DNA of 64,000 bases from Eledone cirrhosa (Eukaryota): contig OZ024740.1 of the NCBI GenBank assembly GCA_964016885.1, forward strand, positions 439,084,001 through 439,148,000, written 5' to 3'. Of this stretch, positions 49,426-60,998 are shown piece by piece. Made by a program: the position numbers and the translations under genes. The notes below the pieces were generated by a model. It had not been told where the DNA came from. It saw only the letters and a list, made by a program, of their open reading frames with translations, and made no database searches. Numbering within the stretch: the first letter of the stretch is position 1; every line of letters begins with the position of its first letter.

Positions 49426-50388
49426 AAATCAACCAGCCATCAACAACTTCCCTTCCTTGACATCCTCATTAAGATCGATAACAAAAAAATAGAAACAGAC
49501 ATATACTACAAGCCCACAGACTCCAAGCAATACCTCCCCTTCAACTCTTGCCACCCTAGACACGCTAAAATTAATATTCCCTACAACTTACCCAAGAGAA
49601 TCTGTACTATAGTCTCCAATAAAAACATCTGCTACTTACGGCTACAAGAACTAAAGGACACACTCATAGGCAGGGACTACCCTGCATCACTAATTGACAA
49701 TGGAATCCAACGTGCCCTAAAACTCAGTACCCAGGACCTTAGACACCCTAAAGTAAATCAACCAAAACTAAAAGCTCTTCCATACATCTCCACACACAAC
49801 CCCCTCAACAATGAGGCCTTTGACACCATCCCCCAGAACATCCCTGTATTGAAAAAGGACCATAGAATGAACCAAATTCTACGAACACACGATATCATAA
49901 AGAGCAAAAGATAATCCAAGTCAATGAAAAACATCTTAACACATGCCAAAGTACTGCCAACCACAACAACGAAACCCACAGTAAAAAAATTCGATAGACC
50001 CAACTGTGGCATTTGCATCAACCTAATAGAGGGTTCGGAATTCTATTTCAAAGATGGACAACGTTTTATAGTAAAACACAATTTCACATGTGCATCGGAA
50101 AATCTAATATATGTATTAACTTGTTCAGGTTGTCGAGAACAATACATAGGCCAGACCAAAAACAGCCTCCGCCAACGCATGACTGTCCATAGATCCCAAA
50201 TTAAAATACGGGAATACAGGAAAATACCACTGAGTGAACACATTGATACCTGTGCCGCCCAAAATCATCCCAACTTCAGAATCTTTCCCCTCTACAAATT
50301 TAAAGATAATGCCACCCACACCCAGCGCATCAGCAAGGAATCTTACTTCATTAACAAATACGGACCCCGTCTAAACACTTCTCCCTAA
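49426..50388 (+). pseudogene. 5'-truncated Penelope-like ORF (RT thumb + GIY-YIG), one in-frame stop near 49912
   Basis: LPFLDIL, TDIYYKPTDSKQYL..SCHP, CGIC, LIYVLTCSGC..YIGQT, LRQRM..HR. Confidence 0.85.
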
Positions 50389-50702
50389 GACGAACCCACA
50401 ACATACACACGTCAACATACATACCTACATCAGCACACATCTCTACCCACATATAAACACAATGACACACGTAAACACACATGCTCTATGGTGCAATACA
50501 AAAAATATATGTGCATATATATGTATGTATATATGTATATATATATATATATATGTAGTGAATGTGTGTGTGTGTATATATATAGTGAATATCATTTCAC
50601 ACCTTTTATTGTTAAGATTTTTGATGTTCTATTAAGAGAACCGATTTTACTGAAAAAATCGAATAACGTACACCATTTTACCAGGGGGAAAAAAATACTG
50701 GT

Positions 50703-50739
<37 letters not shown>

Positions 50740-50864
50740 CACAAACACATACACACGCGTACATCAACATACAAAGAGACTTATACACACACACACACAC
50801 TTCTCCGTATAAGACAAAAGCTGAAAAATATCTTTTGACCTTCGAATGACTCTGCTATGTATAT

Positions 50865-50908
<44 letters not shown>

Positions 50909-50979
50909 ATCTTAATAGCCATTTGACACACATCGCTGCTGGCCATTGTCGCAGCATCGAACACCTTACTACTACTACT

Positions 50980-51016
<37 letters not shown>

Positions 51017-51028
51017 TACACACACACA

Positions 51029-51062
<34 letters not shown>

Positions 51063-51857
51063 TATTTGTTGTGAAAGAGTCATTTCTCAATCTTGGCGCA
51101 AAACCAATTTTTTATCCACATGACCTCTACCGACCAATCAAAATTGTTTTGACCAATAATTTTTGCTGGAGCCACTTTTTTAACATTTTAACATAAAAAC
51201 AGTCTTGGCGCAAAATCAACTTTTTACATTCACATGACCTCTACCGACCAATCAAAATTGTTTTGACCACAAGCATTTTTGCAACACAAAAATAACGCTG
51301 GAGCCACTTTTTTTACATAAAAACAGGTAGAATTCCCAAAACTAATCAGATCAGAGCAAACAGCACGGACACTCTATCTCAAAATTATTTTTGAAAAGCA
51401 TTTAGAAATGCGCAACCGGTAAAAACTTAAAAACTTAAAACCACAACTGAATACTAACCCATACAATCACTAATACTCTTTTATTCCTAATTAAACCATT
51501 TTTCAACTGTGAACAATTTGTCAGCATTTTCTATTCCGTTTACCAATATATATATATATATATAACAGTCATTCAAAAGAAAATGTATATAGACTTTCCA
51601 ACAAACTATTTTCTCACTTATTGAAGTAATAGAATCTTATACAATAATCTCAAGAGATGAAGAAGAGTTACCGTTCTTTATAATAACTCTCCAGTTTATT
51701 ACAAGTAGAAGTTACTTCTCCACCCGTCAGCTATTTTCCCAAACTGTGGGTGATGGAGAGAATGAGTGAGAGAGCGAGAAAGTACTTGTCTGGCTGTGTG
51801 TGTGTGTGTGTGTGTGTGTGCGAATGAGCGAGATACGAAGAGCACTCGTGTGTGCAA

Positions 51858-51923
<66 letters not shown>

Positions 51924-51954
51924 AACCTATGTCTAGATGGTCATCAAACGAATA

Positions 51955-52025
<71 letters not shown>

Positions 52026-52166
52026 ACAGTATATATACAGTATATATATATACTCAATCACACACGCACTTATGTACATATATATATAAAGAGTGTCCAA
52101 AGCATTGTATACACACTTCAACACCCATTCTGATATATATGTGTATACAGTGTTGGGGGTACCCTG

Positions 52167-52197
<31 letters not shown>

Positions 52198-52628
52198 ATA
52201 TCCATTTATACATATACATATGTATGTATATGTATGTGTGTTTATTCCACCCTATTTCTGTGTGTAAATGTGTATCATTAATTACAACACATCGCAGCTG
52301 ATGTTGCTATAAAATAGCCCAACATTACATAATGTCTACACACATGCCTACATGTTCACCTAACAACACATATCAACCCCGCCTCTGGCCTTACGCTCCG
52401 CCTATATTTTCTTACTCCTCTCTCTATATATTAACTCCACCTTCTTACACCAGACAACTCTTATTTTACTGTTTTATCTCACATAATCTCGCATTGATTT
52501 ATCTTTACCCAGTTCTTTTTGACTTTATTTTTATATTTTCAAGCGATCGTATTTTCATATTTTTATAGAATCTCAGAATTTCTTATTCTGCCTATTATCG
52601 TAACCTTTGAAAACACCTTTCGTCTTTC

Positions 52629-53022
52629 TCTACTGTACTCCTACTAGACTACAACTGTACTACTACAGTGCTCCTACTATACTCCTACTGTACTCCTACT
52701 GTACACCTGCTGTATTGCGACTGTACTCCTACTGTACCCTACTGTACTCCTGCATTACTTCAACTATACTGCTACTGTACTCCTACTGTACTCCTACTGT
52801 ACACCTGGTGTATTTCTACTGCATTACTACAACTGTACTCCTACTGTACTCCTATTGTACTCCTACTGTACTCCTGCTGTATTTCTACTGCATTCCTGCT
52901 GTATTTCTACTGTACTCCTACTTTACTCCTGCATTACTACAACTGTACTCCTGCTGTACTCCAGCAATACTACAACTGTACTCCTAGTGTACTCCTATTG
53001 TACTCCTGCTGTACTCCTACTG
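52629..53022 (+). repeat. 11-bp minisatellite (CTACTGTACTC)n with variants
   Basis: Directly visible tandem units. Confidence 0.9.
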
Positions 53023-53118
53023 CACTAATCTTTCCTCACAATTTCAAGCAATTTCATAACTACAACTGCAATTATCTAATACAGATAACTATCAACCACA
53101 TATATCTATCTGTCTATC

Positions 53119-53183
<65 letters not shown>

Positions 53184-53275
53184 ATATATATATATATATA
53201 TACATATTTTACAGACACGCACACACAACCACTCAGTTGCTCGCTCGCACGTACACACATATAAGCACACACGTA

Positions 53276-53319
<44 letters not shown>

Positions 53320-53496
53320 CTGTATATACATATATATATATAAATATATGCATATATAAATGTGTGTGTGCGCGCGTGCGTGCGCGTATGTGTGTGTGTG
53401 TGTGTAAGTATTTGGCATATACATACATAGTATATATTTAAAAATACCCCGTGGAAAAGGCGCATGTTGTAATCATACATACATACACACGTACAT

Positions 53497-53527
<31 letters not shown>

Positions 53528-53544
53528 CAGACACACACACACAC

Positions 53545-53602
<58 letters not shown>

Positions 53603-54107
53603 GTGTGTGAATGTATGTTTTTGCGTGTGTGTCAGAGTATGTGTACATGCTTTTGAGTGTCTGTGTGTTTGATTGCGTGTGCGTATTTGTGTGTATGTTT
53701 GGGTGTATGTGAGTGTGTGTATATTTTTGTGTGTAGGTATGTGTGTCTGTATGTTTGTGTGTGTATGTTTGTGTGTATGTGTAGGTATGTGTGTGTGTAT
53801 GTTTGTGTGTGTAAGTTTGTGTGTGTCAGTGTGTGTAGGTATATGTATGTGTGTCAGTGTGTGTAGGTATGTGTGTGTTTGACTTCTGTTCACCCCCTCT
53901 CCCCCTATCCTGTTGAGGCCTGTCCCTGGTGTAATCGAGGTCATTACACAACATAAAGACAGTCGTAAACACAGAATCAAGCGTACACGCTTCCACACAC
54001 ATGTACACACACACACAGGCATACATACCCACACATACATGCAGTTACAAACATGTACACACAACCACCCAGTCACTCGCACGTGCACACACATACACAC
54101 ACATGTA

Positions 54108-54168
<61 letters not shown>

Positions 54169-54191
54169 TTATATATGAATATATTTATATA

Positions 54192-56045
54192 TTAGCTTCG
54201 AAGATAAATTATGGGAGAGGGGGACAGATCCGACAGTTTTGACATTACTATGGGGGTCGAGCGACTCTGCGCAGGTGAAGGACCTGGTGGGAATCTATCT
54301 CCTCCCAAGATTAGCGGAGGAGATTCCAGCGATCGGCGGTGGAATATACAGAGACGACTCACATTTTACCTTCCGTTCCCTAAACCCCAGCCAGCTGGAG
54401 CGTATGAGGAAGCGCATATCGCACTTTTTTAAGCAACACGGTTTATCCGTGATGATAGATCCTAGCACTAAGACGGTGAATTTCCTGGACGTTGCCCTGG
54501 AAATGAATACCGACCTTATCACAAGCCCAATGAACCTGCAATATGTGAACAGGCAATCGAACCACCCCAAGTCAGTCATAGAAGCAATAGTTAAAGGGGT
54601 ATCCAACCGCGTATCCACCTTGTCTGCCTACGCAGACGTGTTCAACCAGCACGCCGACTATTATAATAGGCACTGCGCAGGGCCGATTACACAGAAACCA
54701 TAGTATACACCACGGACAGGGAAGTGCCTAGCGTCGAGGCATGCGGATACAACAGTAGCAGTAGTACATCCATAGGTAGATGGAACGACCCGGAACTAGC
54801 TTCCAGGAACACGAGTAGCAGCATAGATCACCACAAGGACACAAGACCGACAATAAGACAGACGAAGATACACACGGGCGCCAGACCATCCAGTACACGT
54901 AAACAGAAGCACGGCACGCGCACCACATGCGTCGCGGAAACTAGAACTAGGGACAGTGTAAGGACAAGTACGGCCGTGGGACGCGGTAGAGGGAACACCC
55001 GGCCCTCTAGCAATGATATAGCCCCGACAACAGCACCACATAGCATTAACGAGACTAACAGTAGAGCCGACAATACCAAACGGAATACCTCAGTAAGCGA
55101 ACGGCGTAACTCCGAAGTCCACTGTAGACATATAGATAGCGGCAACATAGGGGACGAAATAACAGGCGGGCAAAACCCGAGACCGACATTTGACCCAACA
55201 CACACGACGGAACAAGACAAGTTCTAAGGCCGTTACATGGTTTAACGCGCCGTATTCTAAGCATGTATGCAGCAATGTACAAGGCCTCCTCTTCCGAGCG
55301 TTGGATGAGTGCTTCCTGCCGTCGAGCAGATATCACAAGATTTTCAACCGCCACACGGTGAAGTTCTCCTTCTCCAACGCACCTAACATGGCAGACTACA
55401 TGGCCAAAACCAACGCGGCGAAAATGGGAAACCTCCATCGTCAACCATGGCGGCCGAATGACCGTCTATCGGAGCCCCTTACAGACCGGTCTTCCAACAA
55501 CAACCCGGCCCATGCGGCGGCCGCCACGCCCGCAGAAAGCGATACAATCCAACGCCGGGCGTAAATGAGTGGCAGAGGGGAGACCACCGTGCCTGCAGAA
55601 CAAGACCCAGAGAATCGGGAGATGGCTGTGGCAGATCTAGGGCCAGGCGTCCGAAATGAACAATATAACGACAGGATGTGCTACTGCAGAGGGGATACAC
55701 AGTGCCCTCTGCAGGGAAGATGCCTAAAGAAGGGCCTGGTATATAAATGTGTGGTTAGCACGCACAATATAATGCGCACCTACATCGGTGCAACATCCAC
55801 GACCTTTAAATCGCGGATGTATAACCTCACAAACTCTTTCAAGGACCGGAGCAAGAGGCACTATACTAGGCTGGCGGACCTGGTGTGGGACTTGAAAGAC
55901 AAAGACAAAGACACCCCGTATGCCCTCACTGGAGTATCGTTCGGCACGCGAATGCATATTCGGCTGGAAATAGAAAGTGTAACCGAAGCCATGGAGATAG
56001 TCAGACTGAAGGATGATGCGGTCAACCTGATATCGAAATAATCAT
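54192..56045 (+). pseudogene. Frameshifted Penelope-like ORF (RT + GIY-YIG)
   Basis: FDITMGS.D.A..DLVGIYLL, YRDD, VNFLDV, SNHP, VTWFNAPYS, C.CRG...CPLQGRC, LVYKC..YIGAT. Confidence 0.85.
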
Positions 56046-56750
56046 GACGGGCAGACATCAGAGAAGGTGCACACTCTCCGCATGGAATCCACCGGGCAGC
56101 CCAAGCTAAAGGCATGCGATGGAGCGCACGCCGACCAGAGCGGCGAAACGGGTTCAAGGGATCAGAAACTATACCCTGTTGACTATATATGCCCCGTGGG
56201 GTAAGCCGAAATAACCCAGGATACCTACCCGACTCTGCACGTCACCCTAGGGTAAAACATCGCCTGAGCCGGGACAGGCTGACCCGGATTCCTTTGATAT
56301 TCAGTCACGTGCCTTACACCAATAAGACACTATACTTCAACCACAGTGACATACTCCAGTATGGCCGGTCCACGCACCCCCCAGCATGTGTATCTTTTCA
56401 GTAGAGAGTGCATACTCTCCACGCATTCCATTTTGTATTTTCTGTATACAGACCCACGTGTGTATCTCATACTTCTCTTATGTACTATCTCATATGCATA
56501 CACGTTCCTTCTTTTTTTCATAAATTCTGCACGCATTTTCTATGTACGGTCTGCGCATACTATTTACTGTAATACCATGAACGCACACTATGTGGCTTTG
56601 CGTGAAGATTCCAAGATTCCATACGTGGATTGATCCATGTTCGCAGCGTAACAACATCTTTGTAGACACATATAACAAGGTGCACCCTTTCATGTATAGC
56701 CCACTGTGTATCTTTATATGCCGTTATATGTATTTTTTATAAATACATTG

Positions 56751-56793
<43 letters not shown>

Positions 56794-56798
<5 letters not shown>

Positions 56799-56915
56799 AA
56801 AAAGTTTGACCCTGACGGCAGAGCTCAAGCCGTTTCGACGGCTATTTCTGGACTAGTCCAGAAATAGCCGTCGAAACGGCTTGATCTCTGCGGTCGGGGT
56901 TAAACCTTTTCCTAT
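56794..56915. repeat. Palindrome with a perfect 60-bp core (56825..56884)
   Basis: tcaagccgtttcgacggctatttctggact|agtccagaaatagccgtcgaaacggcttga. Confidence 0.92.
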
Positions 56916-57003
56916 TATCCACTCTACTACCCTAAGTATTGAGTACTCTGGTACGTTATGGTCCATCTGGTTCCCTACCACACCTCATTCGTTATATATA
57001 TAT

Positions 57004-57210
57004 AAATCCGTATGTCGTTGACGGCTGAGAGAAGGGAGTACTCAATACCGAAGAAGTGTTATAATATTCAATATTATTAACGCTAAAATGTGGGTCTTGT
57101 TACTATGAGAATAACAAGACCCACATTTTAGCCTTCTTAATATTGAATATTATAACTCTACTTCGGTATTGAGTACTCTTTTCTCTCAGCCGTCAACCAC
57201 ATATGGATTT
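57004..57210. repeat. Fold-back inverted repeat, ~100 bp arms
   Basis: The arms are reverse complements around ttactatgagaataa. Confidence 0.85.
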
Positions 57211-57597
57211 GCGCCCCCACCTATCTGTAGCGCGTATAGCACTCTCGACGCTCTGTGATGCGCTGGCTAATACTCTGGAAAGGCACCCGATCACTTACTC
57301 GTTGAAGCACATTGAAAAGTCTCCTGGAAATTTCTACACCAAGTGGCTTATCGTAAAAGGGAAAGTGTGCTGAAGCGTAGGAAATAGAAGGCTTATTTCT
57401 TCGGCAGGAATACACCCGCTTCTGCTCCTGCGCATAACATTGGATGTACCAGTTCTGGTCTGATGACTATGATAAACTTTTTAGCTTTAATAATATTCAA
57501 TACATATACGTTTATATATATATACTCTCACTCTCTCTCAATATATATGTAAGAATATTTTCGAAACAGCGAGTGGATTTGAAATTATTAGAAATGT

Positions 57598-57853
57598 TAG
57601 CTATCGCCGTATTTTGACTAAAGAAACTAAAGAAATTATTTAGCTTGATACTGGGGTTAAGAAGCCTCGGAGAAATTGAAAAAGATGAGTATTGACGTAC
57701 AATGGTAGCACAGTGGTCCGGATAACCAAAGATGTGGGTTCGACTCCCATGTACGTCAATACGCATCTTTTTCCATTTCTCCGAGGGTTCTTAACCCCAC
57801 TATCAGGCTAAATAATTTCTTTAATTTCTTGAGTCAAAATACGGCGATAGCTA
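57598..57853. repeat. Fold-back inverted repeat with a tRNA-like loop
   Basis: About 100 bp arms; the loop contains a GGTTCGACTCC B-box. Confidence 0.82.
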
Positions 57854-58160
57854 TATATATATATATATGTATACACACACACACACACACATATATGTAT
57901 ATATATTAATCAAAGTTTGCAATTTTCAACTGTTTTTCAGTTGAAAATTGCAAACTTGACTGTCACCACAGAATATAAACCTGAAGATTGCGAAAGCATG
58001 AAATTACTTGTTCAATTAACACTTAACATTTAATATTCTTCCATACTATTTCATTATAATATCATTATAATGTTGAAGGATTGTAAATAAAACGAGTAAA
58101 TCAGACAAAGTTGGAATTCCTTTTATTAATATAATCTTCTATACACAATCATACACACCG

Positions 58161-58234
<74 letters not shown>

Positions 58235-58298
58235 TTCATATATATATATATATACATTTCATATATTTATATATATACATTTCATATATATATATAAG

Positions 58299-58631
58299 AA
58301 ATGTAATCTGAGTTTTTCGAATATTAATAATAACGTTCGATTCGTTTGCAATTTTGCAAACAAGCCTCAATTTTATAACCATGTCAGTAGAATGAACCCT
58401 TCATTCTTGCTTTTGTGTTCGCATTTGAACAGAACTGCAGATACTAATGTTTCTGGGCATCACCCTTCATCAGTACAGCTCACTGTTCTCCTGCAAAATG
58501 TTCGCATGCCAACACAAGAACAAGAATGAAGGGTTCATTCTACTGACGTGGCTATAAAATTGAGGGTTGTTTGCGTAATTGCAAACAAATCGAATGTTAT
58601 TATTAATATTCGAAAAACTCAATTTACATTT
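58299..58631. repeat. Fold-back inverted repeat with a hammerhead in the loop (58432..58481, minus)
   Basis: gagctgta-CTGATGA-agggt..gccca-GAAA-cattagt-ATC-tgcagttc; 8-bp stem I. Confidence 0.8.
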
Positions 58632-58658
58632 ATTGTATTCAGCCATGTAGAGCGAACA

Positions 58659-58732
<74 letters not shown>

Positions 58733-59363
58733 GTATATATATATATACTGAACAACCTAATACATGTATTCATATATATATATATTTATGTTTGTGTGTG
58801 TGTACTATAGGTTTTTGTAAATATTGCTCTAAATGAAGGGCTCATATATTATAGAGTGAAAGTGTTATAGTTTCTTCTATATTACCGTCTTTTTAGTACA
58901 ATTCTATGAATATCAATATATCCTTATATATGGCAAAAACATGGTTTATGTAAGAAGCGGTTGGTCCATGTCATTGAGACAAATACAAATGGTGTAGGTG
59001 GAGAGAAGAAGTTAATAAATAGGAGTAAAGAAACAGAGGGAGGGGTTTAGTTTTAATGTAGATACACAAACAATAATAGTTAATGTGTGTGAGAAGTATT
59101 TACCACATGTTTATTTAGTTGTGGAGTAAAACATTTTCTACTGTATTAACTTTAAGATAAAAAAGTTATGGTAAAAATAAAACTAATAAAGATGTTACTT
59201 CTTACAAATTTACCTACAATATCCCAGAAACAATATCTCACAAACAATATCCCACAAACACTGATCAAAGAAATTTTAAGAAAAATTGATAAATTTTGTC
59301 CAGCTTAGTTTCAAAATATATATAATCATTCGTACTGTATAATATAATTACTAAAACACACAT

Positions 59364-59477
<114 letters not shown>

Positions 59478-59905
59478 GTATACAATACATTAACAGAGAA
59501 AGCCTCAAGCTAAACTCTGACTGGCTTCCATCTCACTCAACAAACATTAGGATATACCTTAGTATAATCCCAATTTTACGTTTGGGGTGCTAACTATATG
59601 TATTTTGCGGAAAGCCAGTTATATTATTTTATATGAGACATAATTAAAATTAAACTATATCTCCCTTTCCAAGAAATTGTTTCATTATAAGTTTTCTACA
59701 AGTTGGGAGAATGTGTCCGGGTTATGTAGAAGCCTGCACATCTTTCCGTAGGAACATATGCAGGTGGGCACTTATAAATCATCAGTGGATGCCCGTCAAA
59801 CATCGATATAAGAAAAACTCTCTTACCGATGTCAAAATTTCGTGTCAGCTATGGTCCCTCTCCGCATCATAATGACCGCCAAATTTGAAATTCCAGCAGT
59901 CTGTG

Positions 59906-59943
<38 letters not shown>

Positions 59944-59961
59944 TTTTAATATGTATATATA

Positions 59962-60214
59962 TCACCTTGACCGACCAGTCTGTCGGGCGCCAATCGGCGC
60001 CGCTACTCACAGCATGTCGTGCTGTTTTAGCCATAAGATAACGCCATCCCACTGGCTGGGTGGGTAGTCCGGTATTCATTTCTACAGCTGAGTAAACTGG
60101 AGCAACGTGAAATAAAGTGTCTTGCTCAAGGAAACAATACATCACGCGGTCCGAGAATTGAACGCACACCCTTTCGATTACAAGCCCAATGCTCTAACCA
60201 CTAAGCCATGCGCC
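59962..60214 (-). mobile_element. tRNA-derived SINE
   Basis: A box TGGCTTAGTGG and B box GTTCAATTC, followed by a CCTTGAGCAAGACACTT conserved-domain-like segment. Confidence 0.75.
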
Positions 60215-60674
60215 TTAACTATGTATATATATATATATGTTTCATATGTTTATTTATATGTCAATCAATTTCTAGTTGATATATGTATATATATATATTT
60301 ATATATACATATATGTATATATATATATTTATATATACATATATGTATATATATATATTTATATATACATATATGTATATATATATATTTATATATACAT
60401 ATATGTATATATATATATATATAGTTTTGCGAGGTTTTTTATATGAAATCGTGTGTCGAAACAGATATTGTTATATTTGGGGAGGGTCATATTTGCGTAA
60501 TATTGCCAGAATTAATAACAGAACACACTCACTGTTTGGTTGGTTTTCGCTTCTCGCTGTCTTTTATATATATATATCTGCGATCTAGCTTACTCGGTCC
60601 TCAATGTTGCCATTGACTGACCGGCGGTCAAAAATAATACAGATACAATATAGACAAACACATATATATATAGT

Positions 60675-60720
60675 TTACATAAATCTTTCGTTGCACATCT
60701 GCAACATCGTCAGTGGTGTT
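60675..60720 (-). ncRNA. Degenerate hammerhead in the 3' end of the intact PLE
   Basis: CTGACGA-t-gttgca(gatg)tgcaac-GAAA; stem I is decayed. Same relative position as 32820..32864. Confidence 0.55.
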
Positions 60721-60998
60721 ATATTCATTGTTCCTCCTGTTGTGTTGTATGTCTACGCCATTTTTTTTTTTTTTTTGTTCAGTCTGTCTATATATTTATT
60801 TATTTATTTGCTTGTTTGTTTATCTTATTTTATTTTGTCTTCTTTGCGCATGCGTTTGCGTGTGTGTATAGTGTTATGTGTGATGTGTGATGTGTGACTA
60901 GTGTGTATAGTGTTGTCTGCTGGGTGACTAGTGTGTGTTTATGTGCTTGTGTATGTATTTATTTATCTTATTTTATTTAATTTAATTTACTTATTTAT

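Noticed and set aside
52629-53022. CRISPR-like array or coding repeat
   Set aside because: Contiguous 11-mers without unique spacers, in a eukaryotic context.
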